DNA from: a virus
Taxonomy: Duplodnaviria > Caudoviricetes
Virus record (IMG/VR): IMGVR_UViG_3300049167_000227
Span: 1-31,064 of that record
Direction: 5' to 3' (one strand)
DNA length: 31,064 nt
Shown: positions 1 to 8,939 of the stretch, piece after piece
Numbering within the stretch: position 1 is the first letter of the stretch
Layout of the letters: each line of letters begins with the position of its first letter
Made by a program: the position numbers and the translations under genes
Notes under the pieces: generated by a model
Told to the model about the DNA's origin: nothing
Databases searched by the model: none
The model's input: the letters and a program-made list of their open reading frames with translations, nothing else

Positions 1-549
1 ATGGCGACCGCGGCTGACGTCGCCGACTGGATCGGGATCAGCACACGGCGCGTTCAGACCCTCCGTGCTGAGGGCGTGCTGCCTGGCGAGGCGGGCGAAG
101 ACTACGACCTCAAGGCCTGCGTCACGGCCTACTGCACCCACATCCGGCCGGCGTCCGGAAAGGCGGCGGGCGGTGGCTCCGAGGCGGCTGGTTCGCTGGA
201 TGAGGCGCGCATCCGGTTGCTGACGGCCCAGGCCGAGCACCGTGAGATGTTGAACGAGCAAATGCGCGGCGAGGCGGTGCTCGCCGAAGACATGGAGGTC
301 GCAGTCGGCGCTCTGATCGATGCTGCGCGGGCAAAGGTGCTGGCGCTGCCGACGAAACTGGCGCCGATCCTTGTGGGGCTGAGTGACCCGGCGGTGGTCC
401 GCGAGAAACTGACGGAGGGCGTGCATGAGTGCTGCGGCGAGCTTGCCGCCGGCCCTGCCGCTTCGTCCGTCCGCCACCGCGCAAAGCAGCGTGCTGGCCG
501 CCTCCAGGGCGCTGGCGAGGATCGAGCTGAGGTGGGCGCCCCCTCCTAG
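1..549 (+). CDS. Terminase small subunit (lambda Nu1-like)
   Basis: N-terminal winged-HTH-like segment (ATAADVADWIGISTRRVQTL..EGVLP), then a coiled coil; overlaps the GpA-like terminase. Confidence 0.85.
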   Translation: MATAADVADWIGISTRRVQTLRAEGVLPGEAGEDYDLKACVTAYCTHIRPASGKAAGGGSEAAGSLDEARIRLLTAQAEHREMLNEQMRGEAVLAEDMEVAVGALIDAARAKVLALPTKLAPILVGLSDPAVVREKLTEGVHECCGELAAGPAASSVRHRAKQRAGRLQGAGEDRAEVGAPS

Positions 550-2434
550 GCTGACCGTCAGCCAGTGGGCAGACGCCTATCGGCACCTGAGCGCGGAGGC
601 GAGCGCCGAACCTGGACGATGGGACACCCGCCGGGCCGAATATCAACGTGGCATCATGGATGCCATCAGCGATCCCGCCGTGGAAACGGTGGTCGTGATG
701 AAGTCGGCTCAGGTCGGCTGGACAGAGATCCTGAACAACGTGGTCGGGTACCACGCGCACCAGGATCCAGCGCCGATCCTGGTAGTGCAGCCGACGCTGG
801 AGATGGGCGAGGCCTGGTCGAAGGACCGGTTGACCCCGATGTTGAGGGATAGCCCGGCACTTCGGGGCCGCATCTCGGACGGGAAGTCGCGCGACGGGGC
901 GAACACGCTCCGGCACAAGAGCTTCCCGGGCGGGCACATCACAATCGCCGGGGCTAATAGCGCCGCCTCCCTGGCGTCACGGCCGGTACGGGTGCTGCTT
1001 TACGACGAGGTTGATCGCTATCCGGCAAGCGCCGGCACTGAAGGTGACCCGATCACCCTGGGTCGCAAGCGCACGTCGACCTTCTGGAACCGCAAGGTGC
1101 TGATGGGGTCGACCCCCACGATTGCTGGCGTGTCTCGGATCGAGAAGGCTTTTGCGGAGAGCGACCGGCGTCGGTTCTGGGTTCCGTGCCCTCACTGCCG
1201 CCACGCCCAGGTGCTTCGCTGGGCGCAGGTGAAGTGGTCGGAAGGCCGGCCCGAGAAGGCGCAGTACCACTGCGAGGAATGCGGCGCAGGCTGGACCGAT
1301 GCTGAGCGCTGGCAGTCCATCCGGTCTGCGGCAAGTAACGGCGGCGGCTGGCGCGCTGAGGGCGAGTTCCAGGGCGTCGCGGGCTTCCACATCAGCGAGC
1401 TATACTCGTCCTGGCGGCGCCTATCTGAGACGGCGGCGGATTTCCTGTCGGCGAAGGGCCGGCCGGAGATGCTGAAGGCCTGGGTCAACACAGCCCTGGG
1501 CGAGACTTGGCAGGAGAACGGCGACGCGCCCGATTGGGAGCGCCTGCTGGAACGGCGAGAGCCCTTCCCGATGGGCATGGTTCCTCCGGCGGTGCGAGTG
1601 CTGACCGCGTCGGTGGACAATCAGGCCGCGCCTGAGCGCCTGGAGTTCAGCCTATGGGGGTGGGCCCCAGGCTATGAGAGCTGGTTGATCGAGACGAAGG
1701 TCATTCCCGGCAACCCAGCCTCGGCTGAACCGTGGGATGAGGTGAAGCGCTTGGTCGATACCGACTGGCCCTCCGAGGGCGGCGGGACGATGCGGGTGCT
1801 GAAGTGGGCGGCTGATACCGGCGGTCAGCACACGGCGGGCGTCTACGCGCAGCTGCGGCGGCTACGGGATCCGCGGTGCGTGCCGGTGAAGGGCGTGCCG
1901 GGGTGGAACAAGGCCTCGCCGGTGATGGGGCCGACGCCGGTCGACGTGACCGACCGCGGCGTAAAGATCAAGCGCGGGCTGCGGCTCTGGACCGTAGCCG
2001 TGGATGTGTTCAAGGCCGAGCTCTACCGGCGGCTCTGGCTGGGACGCGGCGAAGCTGAAGCCTACCCGGCGGGCTGGGTGCATCTGCCGGACGGCCTCGA
2101 TCCAGAGCAGGTGAAGCAGCTGGTCGCCGAGCAGTTAGTGACGGTGAACGATCGCCGCGGCTTTGCCCGGCAGGAATGGCGCAAGACCCGAGCGAATGAG
2201 CAGCTCGATTTGGCGGTTTACGCCAGGGCCGCCCTCTCGGTGCTCGGCTCTGATCGGTACGGCGACAGGTTTTGGACGCGGTTTGCGTCAAGCGCGGCAG
2301 AGGCTCCGGCTCCTGCCGAGCCTGACGATCCGAAGCCGACGGCTTTGGCGCCTGTGGTGCTGCCACAGTCGGTCGCGCCGATGGTGAACGTGGTGGGCAA
2401 GACGCAGACGGGCCGGTCCCGCCGCATGGCTTGA
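491..2434 (+). CDS. Terminase large subunit (lambda GpA family)
   Basis: PPPRLTVSQWAD start, Walker A-like MKSAQVGWTE, Walker B VLLYDEVDRY, STPT motif, CPHC/CEEC zinc motif, C-terminal NEQLDLAVYA. Start uncertain: GTG 491 chosen, ORF is open from 425. Confidence 0.95.
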   Translation: MLAASRALARIELRWAPPPRLTVSQWADAYRHLSAEASAEPGRWDTRRAEYQRGIMDAISDPAVETVVVMKSAQVGWTEILNNVVGYHAHQDPAPILVVQPTLEMGEAWSKDRLTPMLRDSPALRGRISDGKSRDGANTLRHKSFPGGHITIAGANSAASLASRPVRVLLYDEVDRYPASAGTEGDPITLGRKRTSTFWNRKVLMGSTPTIAGVSRIEKAFAESDRRRFWVPCPHCRHAQVLRWAQVKWSEGRPEKAQYHCEECGAGWTDAERWQSIRSAASNGGGWRAEGEFQGVAGFHISELYSSWRRLSETAADFLSAKGRPEMLKAWVNTALGETWQENGDAPDWERLLERREPFPMGMVPPAVRVLTASVDNQAAPERLEFSLWGWAPGYESWLIETKVIPGNPASAEPWDEVKRLVDTDWPSEGGGTMRVLKWAADTGGQHTAGVYAQLRRLRDPRCVPVKGVPGWNKASPVMGPTPVDVTDRGVKIKRGLRLWTVAVDVFKAELYRRLWLGRGEAEAYPAGWVHLPDGLDPEQVKQLVAEQLVTVNDRRGFARQEWRKTRANEQLDLAVYARAALSVLGSDRYGDRFWTRFASSAAEAPAPAEPDDPKPTALAPVVLPQSVAPMVNVVGKTQTGRSRRMA

Positions 2435-2447
2435 AGGGAGGCGAAGC

Positions 2448-2702
2448 ATGGATCTGTCCGGCGTTGACCTCCTGACCCTCCAGACCTGGCGCACGGAGGC
2501 CCTAGCCGCCCTTCAGGGCATCATGACGGGGCGGCGGGAGATGACCATCTCGACGTCCGTGAATGGCGCAGGCCAGTCGGTGACCTACAACCAGACGACG
2601 CTCGGCGACCTGCGCAATTGGATCGCCACCATCGACGCTGCCATTGGTGCACTGACGGGCGCATACCCGCGCAGACGCCGAGCGATCGGCATCCGGTTCT
2701 AA
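2448..2702 (+). CDS. gpW-like head-tail joining protein
   Basis: 84 aa between terminase and portal; SVTY..TT...LR.WI pattern and Arg-rich C-terminus; SD GGAGG; TAATG coupling to portal. Confidence 0.8.
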   Translation: MDLSGVDLLTLQTWRTEALAALQGIMTGRREMTISTSVNGAGQSVTYNQTTLGDLRNWIATIDAAIGALTGAYPRRRRAIGIRF

Positions 2703-4345
2703 TGGTCAAGATCCTGGACCAGCATGGGAAGCCGCTTGCGCCGGCGAAGTCGCGCGCCCGGGCCCTGGTTGGGGGTGGCGTGTCTCCCTTCGACGCCGCT
2801 GATCGCATGGCGCCGGAGATGGCGAGCTGGAACCCTTGGCTCGGGTCACCGGACACAGAGACGACCCCTTACCGCGACATCTCCGTCGCTCGCATCCGCG
2901 ACCTGGTCCGCAACGACGGCTGGGCCTCCGGCACCGTCACGCGCCTCATGGATGCGGTGGTGGGCGCCGACTTCCGGGTGGCATCGGTCCCTGACTACCG
3001 GGGCCTGGCGCGCCGCTTCAGCGGCAAATTCGATGCAGTCTGGGCGAAGGAGTTCAGCGACGCGGCAGAGGCCGGGTGGCGCGCATGGGGCTATGACCCG
3101 TCGCGCTACTGCGACACGTCTCGGCGCCTGACCTTCCCGCAGATGGCTCGTCTGGCCTTCCGCCACTATCTGGTGGAGGGTGAAGCGCTGGGCGTTCTGC
3201 CTTGGCGGCCGGATCGCATTGCCTACGGCCGGGCCCGCTATGGCACGACCATGCAGGTTGTGGATCCGGACCGGCTCGGGAACCCGATGCTCGGCAACTA
3301 TGACTTCCGGCCTGATATGCGTGGCGGCGTGGAGATCGACGCCGACGGGGTGCCGGTCGCCTACCACATCCGCAAGGCGCACCCGAACGACTGGATTTCA
3401 GGCGGTCAGACCGTCCAGTGGGACCGCATTGAGCGGGAGACGGCCTGGGGCCGCCCGCAGGTAGTCCACTTCTTCGATGACGAGCGCGCCGGGCAGCACC
3501 GGCCGATCGGCGGTATCTTCGCCCCGGTCCTCGCTCGGATGCGGATGCTGGCTCAGTACGACCGGGTCGAGCTTCAAGCTGCAGTCATCAATGCAATCTT
3601 TGGGGCCTATATCGAAAGCCCGTTCGATCCGGACGATGTGCAGAGCGCGCTGAGCGACGAAGACGGTTCCCTGTCCAAGTACCAGCAACTGCGCTCGGAG
3701 TTCCACGCGGACCGGCGGCTGATGGCCGGAAACGTGCGCATGGCGTCGCTCTATCCGGGCGAGAAGATCGCGACCATCGCGAACAACCGCCCAGCCGCGG
3801 CCTTCGACATGTTCGAGAGTGCCATGCTCCGGAATATCGCGACAGCCGTGGGGCTGCCCTACGAGACTGTTTCCTCGAACTACAAGGGTTCGAGTTACAG
3901 CTCTGCCCGGCAGTCGCTGCTGGAGGCATGGCGCACCGTGACCCGTCGCCGGGCCGACTTCGGCACCGGCTTCTGCTCCCCGGTCTTCGGGTGCCTGCTG
4001 GAAGAGATGATCGACCGCGGCGAGGTGCCGCTGCCCGCTGGGGCTCCAGATTTCGCCGAGGCGCGCGCCGAGTACGCCCGGTGCCGCTGGATGGGGCCGG
4101 GCCGTGGCTGGATCGACCCGACGAAGGAGCCAGAGGGCTCCAAGATGAAGATCGCGGCCGGCCTATCCACGCTGGAGCGCGAGGCGGCAGAGAACGACGG
4201 CCTTGATTGGGAGGAAGTGCTGGATCAGCGCGCCCTGGAAGAGCAGGCCGTGAAGGACCGGGGGCTGGTCCTGACCATGGCTGTCACAGGCGGCGAGCAG
4301 CCGCAGCAGGGCGAGCCGGCAGAGAAGGAGGACCAGGACGCATGA
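2702..4345 (+). CDS. Portal protein, lambda family
   Basis: RIRDLVRNDGWA, GGVEID..G.PVAYHI, SYSSARQSLLE and GRGWIDPTKE motifs; ATG overlaps the gpW stop. Confidence 0.95.
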   Translation: MVKILDQHGKPLAPAKSRARALVGGGVSPFDAADRMAPEMASWNPWLGSPDTETTPYRDISVARIRDLVRNDGWASGTVTRLMDAVVGADFRVASVPDYRGLARRFSGKFDAVWAKEFSDAAEAGWRAWGYDPSRYCDTSRRLTFPQMARLAFRHYLVEGEALGVLPWRPDRIAYGRARYGTTMQVVDPDRLGNPMLGNYDFRPDMRGGVEIDADGVPVAYHIRKAHPNDWISGGQTVQWDRIERETAWGRPQVVHFFDDERAGQHRPIGGIFAPVLARMRMLAQYDRVELQAAVINAIFGAYIESPFDPDDVQSALSDEDGSLSKYQQLRSEFHADRRLMAGNVRMASLYPGEKIATIANNRPAAAFDMFESAMLRNIATAVGLPYETVSSNYKGSSYSSARQSLLEAWRTVTRRRADFGTGFCSPVFGCLLEEMIDRGEVPLPAGAPDFAEARAEYARCRWMGPGRGWIDPTKEPEGSKMKIAAGLSTLEREAAENDGLDWEEVLDQRALEEQAVKDRGLVLTMAVTGGEQPQQGEPAEKEDQDA

Positions 4346-4650
4346 GCGCGATGGTCCGCCGAGGGCTCTTTGGGCTGTTGGGTGCGCTGCCGTTCGCCGC
4401 GCAAGCCGTGCCCGCATCCGCGAAGCGTCTCCACACGGTCGCCCTCAGGCTGGACGCATCGGCTCTAAATGCCATGCAGCATGACCTCGCCGGGAGCATG
4501 ACTGAGCTGCGGTCCTTCGAGCCTGACCTGGAGCCCTTTCGCCGGCTTGTAAGCGAGCAACTAAGGCAGTTCGTGGGGCAGACTATCGTCTCGCCGACGG
4601 CGCCAACCTGCCCTCCCGCCGGCTGGGACACGCTGGAGAATGTGCGGTGA
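4342..4650 (+). CDS. Hypothetical 102 aa protein with twin-arginine-like N-terminus
   Basis: ATGA overlap with portal stop and GTGA overlap with protease start; begins MSAMVRRGLFGLLGALPFAAQA. Confidence 0.6.
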   Translation: MSAMVRRGLFGLLGALPFAAQAVPASAKRLHTVALRLDASALNAMQHDLAGSMTELRSFEPDLEPFRRLVSEQLRQFVGQTIVSPTAPTCPPAGWDTLENVR

Positions 4651-5534
4651 CGGACCTCTTCCCGCACCTTGCTCAGCGCATGTTCAATACCCCGTTGGCG
4701 CTGCATCCGCAGAAGGCCGAGGTGGCGCTAGCGGCCCTCGCTGAGCGTGTGGGGATCGCCCGCATCATCCGCTCGGACGGATCAGCCGTCGTGGCCATGG
4801 ACGACGACGAGTTGGGCTTCAGCAGCGAGGGGCGAGAGTTCCGCGCAGGCTATGACATCGTCGCTGGCGTCTCCCTGATCCAGGTCGAAGGCATGCTGGT
4901 CCAGAAGACCGGCACCCTGCGCCCCTACTCGGGGATGACGGGGTACGACGGGATCCGGGCCAACTTCCTGACGGCGCTGGACGACCCTGCGGTGCAGGCC
5001 ATCGCCTTCGATATCAACTCCGGTGGCGGGGAGGTCTCGGGATGCTTCGACCTAGTGGACACGATCTATGCCGCCCGTGGCACGAAACCCATCTGGTCCA
5101 TCTGCGCCGATCATGCCTACAGCGCCGCATACGCGATCGCGAGCGCGGCTGACCGGGTGACGGTCCCGCGCACCGGTGGAACCGGCAGTGTCGGGGTAAT
5201 CACCATGCTGGTCGACTACTCCAAGGCCATCAAGGACGCCGGCCTGGCGGTGCATTTCGTCACGGACGGCGACATGAAGGCCATGGAGACGCGGCAGATG
5301 CATACCGGTGTGAAGCCGGAACTCATCGGCCGCCTGAAAAATGACGTGACCATGATGGGCGACTTGTTTCGGTCCACCGTGGCACGAAATCGCGGCCTGT
5401 CTGCGAGCGCTGTCGAGGCGCAGCAGGCGGATTACTACCTCGGCGCTGCTGGTGTGCGGGAGGGGCTGGCAGACGCTGTCATGTCCCCCGACGCTGCATT
5501 TGAGGCGCTGCTGGTTGAGTTGGACGCGGCTTAG
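4647..5534 (+). CDS. Prohead protease, S49 (SppA/lambda gpC-like)
   Basis: DINSGGGEV, AYSAAYAIASAAD and TGGTGSVGVI motifs. Confidence 0.92.
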   Translation: MTDLFPHLAQRMFNTPLALHPQKAEVALAALAERVGIARIIRSDGSAVVAMDDDELGFSSEGREFRAGYDIVAGVSLIQVEGMLVQKTGTLRPYSGMTGYDGIRANFLTALDDPAVQAIAFDINSGGGEVSGCFDLVDTIYAARGTKPIWSICADHAYSAAYAIASAADRVTVPRTGGTGSVGVITMLVDYSKAIKDAGLAVHFVTDGDMKAMETRQMHTGVKPELIGRLKNDVTMMGDLFRSTVARNRGLSASAVEAQQADYYLGAAGVREGLADAVMSPDAAFEALLVELDAA

Positions 5535-5585
5535 CCGTCCAGAGCGCGGCGGCGCATCCGCCACACCCACCCGAAGGGGCATCAC

Positions 5586-6134
5586 ATGAACCTCCGCAGC
5601 AGTGCGGCGGGCGGGCTGTCGCGTTTCGCGCATCTCGCCGGCCTCCGCTCGGCCTCCGCCGCTAAGGCCGAGGCCGAGCCTGACGACAAGAAGCCGAAGG
5701 ACGAAGAGGAGGAGGATAAGGCCTCCGCCTCCGAAGACGAGGACAAGAAGGACGAGGCCAAGGCGTCGGACGAGGGCGATGAGAAGCCCGAGGACGAGAA
5801 GGACGAGGAGAAGGAGAGCAAGGCCCGCGCCGACGGCGCCAAGGCCGAGCGGGCGCGCTGCGCCGCAATCTTCGCTTCCCCCTTCGCCGCCAACAACCCG
5901 GCACTCGCCGCTACCCTGGCGTTTGAGGGCGATTACTCGGCGGAGCAGGCCGCGGCGATCATGCAGGCCGCCACCGTCGGCGCCCCGCGCGCCTCGGGCC
6001 TCGCAGCTCGCATGGCTTCCCAGAAGCCCATCCAGGTCGGAGCCGAGGACGCGCCGCCGCCCTCTGCCGACACCCCTGACGGGGCCGCTGCCTCCGTCAT
6101 CAGCGCGATGAAGCTCGCGCGCGGCGCGAAGTAA
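5586..6134 (+). CDS. Capsid scaffolding-like protein (Nu3-like position)
   Basis: Long D/E/K low-complexity tract followed by AERARCAAIF; lies between protease and decoration protein. Confidence 0.65.
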   Translation: MNLRSSAAGGLSRFAHLAGLRSASAAKAEAEPDDKKPKDEEEEDKASASEDEDKKDEAKASDEGDEKPEDEKDEEKESKARADGAKAERARCAAIFASPFAANNPALAATLAFEGDYSAEQAAAIMQAATVGAPRASGLAARMASQKPIQVGAEDAPPPSADTPDGAAASVISAMKLARGAK

Positions 6135-6146
6135 GGAGCCCCACCC

Positions 6147-6524
6147 ATGCCGCAGTACCCCCGGACCATCTCCGAGGCCTACGCCGTCGACAAGCTCGTG
6201 GCCGGCCTCACCCAGCTCGTCTCGATCAACAAGACCCTCATCTCGGGCCAGAACCTGGCCCGCGGCACGGTGGTCGGCGTGATCACCACGAGCGGGAAGA
6301 TCACTCAGAGCCTTTCGGCTTCGGCCGACGGCAGCCAGACGCCCTACGGCATCCTGGCCGATGACTACGACGCCACGGGCGCCGATCGCGCGAACTGCGC
6401 CGTCTACGTTAAGGGCGAGTTCAACGAGAACGCCGTCATCCTCGGCACCGGTCACACCATCGCCTCGGTTCGCGAAGGGCTCCGCGATGCCGGGATCTTC
6501 CTCAAGCCCGCCGTCCCGGCCTGA
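6147..6524 (+). CDS. Head decoration protein (lambda gpD-like)
   Basis: SGQNLARGTVVG, ADGSQTPYGILA.D.DAT and GEFNENA motifs; directly before the major capsid gene. Confidence 0.9.
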   Translation: MPQYPRTISEAYAVDKLVAGLTQLVSINKTLISGQNLARGTVVGVITTSGKITQSLSASADGSQTPYGILADDYDATGADRANCAVYVKGEFNENAVILGTGHTIASVREGLRDAGIFLKPAVPA

Positions 6525-6551
6525 GCCGGCCTTTCAAGGAGATAGGCCGCC

Positions 6552-7580
6552 ATGGCCCTGAGCATCTACGATACCGCGGCGCTGATCCGCACCGTCGAGT
6601 ACCTTAAGGAGCCGCAGAGCTTCCTTCTGGACACGTTCTTCCCGAACGTCGTCACGTCGCAGACCGAGTTCGTCGCGATTGACGTTTTCACCGGGAAGCG
6701 CCGTCTCTCCCCCTTCGTGAACCCGTTGATCGAGGGGCGCCTGGTGGAGCCGATCGGCTTTCGGTCGGACGCCTACAAGCCGCCCTACATCAAGGACAAG
6801 CGCCGGCTTGACCCGATGCGCCCTGTCCGTCGCTCCATGGGCGAGCGCATTGGGGGCGACATGACGCCGCAGGCGCGCGAGGCCGCAAACCTCGGCTTCG
6901 AGCTGCAGGACCAGATCAACATGCTGACCCGCCGCCTGGAATGGATGGCGGCGCAGGCCCTGGCCCTCGGCTCCATCACGGTCGTCGGCGACGGCGTGCC
7001 GCAGGCGGTGGTGAACTTCGGCCGGTCGTCCAACCTGAGCATCGCCCTTTCCGGCGCGGCGCGCTGGGGCGAGGCCGGCGTGTCCCCTGTTGCCGACATC
7101 GACGCTTGGTCGGTGCGCGTGCTGCAGGAGAGCGGCTTTCCGGTGACCGACGTGCTCTTCACCCCGGGCGCCTGGGCCTACTTCCGGGCAGACCCGATCG
7201 TCGGGCAGATCATCGCCTCCTTCAATAATGGCGCGCCCGACCTGCGCGTGCAGGGCAACCCGGCCCAGGCCGGTGCCCAGTTCATGGGCACCTGGGGCAG
7301 CTACCGGCTGCACCGGTACTATGACTGGTATGTCGACCCGGTGGACAACACCGAGAAGCCGATGATCGCTGACAACACGGTGGTGCTGTCCAGCGCGAAC
7401 GTGGATGGCGTGCGCGCCTTCGCGACCATCATGGACCCAGAGGTCAACTATGCCTCTGTGCCCTACGCCCCGAAGTCGTGGACCACGCAGGACCCCGGCG
7501 CGCGCTGGATCATGCTGCAGTCCGCCCCCCTCGTCATCCCGACGCGTGTAAACGCGTCCCTTGCTGCGACGGTGCGCTGA
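6552..7580 (+). CDS. Major capsid protein (lambda gpE family)
   Basis: FLLDTFFP, KRRLSPFVNP, YKPPYIKDK, RRLEWMAAQAL and KSW...DP....IMLQSAPL motifs. Confidence 0.95.
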   Translation: MALSIYDTAALIRTVEYLKEPQSFLLDTFFPNVVTSQTEFVAIDVFTGKRRLSPFVNPLIEGRLVEPIGFRSDAYKPPYIKDKRRLDPMRPVRRSMGERIGGDMTPQAREAANLGFELQDQINMLTRRLEWMAAQALALGSITVVGDGVPQAVVNFGRSSNLSIALSGAARWGEAGVSPVADIDAWSVRVLQESGFPVTDVLFTPGAWAYFRADPIVGQIIASFNNGAPDLRVQGNPAQAGAQFMGTWGSYRLHRYYDWYVDPVDNTEKPMIADNTVVLSSANVDGVRAFATIMDPEVNYASVPYAPKSWTTQDPGARWIMLQSAPLVIPTRVNASLAATVR

Positions 7581-7582
7581 CC

Positions 7583-7876
7583 ATGGCCGAAATCCAGAAG
7601 ACCACCGCCCCGGTGGTGACCACTGACGCCGCCCAGGCGGCCCACCAGCGGGCGGCGGAGAACCAGAAGGCGAAGGAGGAGCGCGAGGCCAAGGCCGCGG
7701 GCTCCGGATCCGTCACCCTGATCGCGACGGTGGACTTCACCATCGTCTCCGATCCGGCGAAGCCTGAGGGCAAGGTGATCCGCGCCGGCCAGGAGTTCAC
7801 TGTTGCCAAGGCGGACCTTCCCCGCTTCGAAGGCCGCGGCCGTCCGAAGAACGCCGAAGACGGATCTGAGGACTGA
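7583..7876 (+). CDS. Hypothetical 97 aa protein (gpFI-like position)
   Basis: ATG 2 nt after the capsid stop; phage-like codon usage; positional assignment only. Confidence 0.6.
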   Translation: MAEIQKTTAPVVTTDAAQAAHQRAAENQKAKEEREAKAAGSGSVTLIATVDFTIVSDPAKPEGKVIRAGQEFTVAKADLPRFEGRGRPKNAEDGSED

Positions 7877-7881
7877 TCTGA

Positions 7882-8202
7882 GTGGCCGGCGTCGACTTTG
7901 CTGCTCTGCAGAGGTCTGTTCAGACGGCCTTTGCAGAACCGGCGATTTATGCGCCGGCCAATCAGCCCCCTTTCCAGGTGCAGGGGGTCTTCAATCGTTT
8001 CATGGTCCAAGTCCGCGACATGCACGACGTGCCGGTCACGGTGCCGCGGACCACGCTGCGGATTTCTGAGGCGGATTTCATCGGCTACCCGGCGCCCCGC
8101 TCGGGTGACCGGGTGATGATGCGGGGTGAGACCTTCGACGTCATCGACCCCGAGGCAGACGGCTTCGGGTCGATGGTGCTGATCCTAGGCATCGTCGGAT
8201 GA
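7882..8202 (+). CDS. Head-tail joining/head closure protein
   Basis: 106 aa beta-rich protein with P..GDRV...GETFDV...EADG.G pattern; neck gene position. Confidence 0.75.
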   Translation: MAGVDFAALQRSVQTAFAEPAIYAPANQPPFQVQGVFNRFMVQVRDMHDVPVTVPRTTLRISEADFIGYPAPRSGDRVMMRGETFDVIDPEADGFGSMVLILGIVG

Positions 8203-8738
8203 GCGCCCCCACCAGCCGTGCAGCTGTGGCGGACCTTGTGTCTGGCCTGATCCAGGCGGCCATTCCGGATGCGCAGATATTCCGCGCTCGGGATTGGCCC
8301 CTGCAGGTGCGCGAGACTAAGGCCGAGGCGCCGGCCATCCTCGTTTATGCCTGGGACGAGACGAAGACCCGCTCATCAGAGCACACCTTCGAGACGACCT
8401 ATGCCGTCTCTTGCACCCTGACGGTTGACCTGAAGGTCACAGACCGTGCGCGCGATGCCACGGAAGTGGAGATCGCCCTGGAGAACACTGCCGGGGCGGT
8501 CTGCGACGCAGTCCTGCGGTCCCCTGACATGATCGGCCCGTCTGGCAAGATCGAGCGGATCCAGGCGGTTCGCACCACCCTCGGCGTATCTCTGCAAGGC
8601 ACTGAGCGGTCCATCGGCGAGGGGCGGATCGCCTTCGATCTTCAGTGGTCCGAACCCTACGAGCTGCTGCCCCCGGCCGTCATCTGCGACGACGCCTCTG
8701 TCGCCTTCCACCTGATCCCGCCGCTCCCGGCGTCCTAG
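8199..8738 (+). CDS. Tail terminator/completion protein
   Basis: IFRARDWP..PAILVY pattern; ATGA coupling; precedes the sheath module. Confidence 0.65.
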   Translation: MSAPTSRAAVADLVSGLIQAAIPDAQIFRARDWPLQVRETKAEAPAILVYAWDETKTRSSEHTFETTYAVSCTLTVDLKVTDRARDATEVEIALENTAGAVCDAVLRSPDMIGPSGKIERIQAVRTTLGVSLQGTERSIGEGRIAFDLQWSEPYELLPPAVICDDASVAFHLIPPLPAS

Positions 8739-8747
8739 GAGACCCAC

Positions 8748-8939
8748 ATGCTGGTGAAGCCCGCCCGCGGGATCGACGTGCGCGATCCCGATCTCCGCGA
8801 CCTGTTGCCGAAGGAAGGACGGGACGTGCCCCGCTCCGACTACTGGCTGCGCCGCATCGCCGACGGCGATGTGCGCGAGGTCCACGAGGAGCCCCCCGCG
8901 CCTGAGATGAAGGCCGACGTCAAGAAGGAGGCCCGCTGA
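8748..8939 (+). CDS. DUF2635 / Mu gp38-like small tail protein
   Basis: MLVKPA.G..VRDP....LLP.EG..VP...YWLRRI.DGDV signature; immediately before the sheath. Confidence 0.9.
   Translation: MLVKPARGIDVRDPDLRDLLPKEGRDVPRSDYWLRRIADGDVREVHEEPPAPEMKADVKKEAR

Noticed and set aside
5680-5825. Tandem-repeat-like GAGGAC/AAG-rich tract
   Set aside because: It simply encodes the acidic low-complexity linker of the scaffold-like protein.
5052-6455. Long minus-strand ORFs over the structural genes (e.g. 467 aa here, 8840-9982, 18378-19313, 122-937)
   Set aside because: Antisense shadows of GC3-rich real genes, with no motifs or SD sites.
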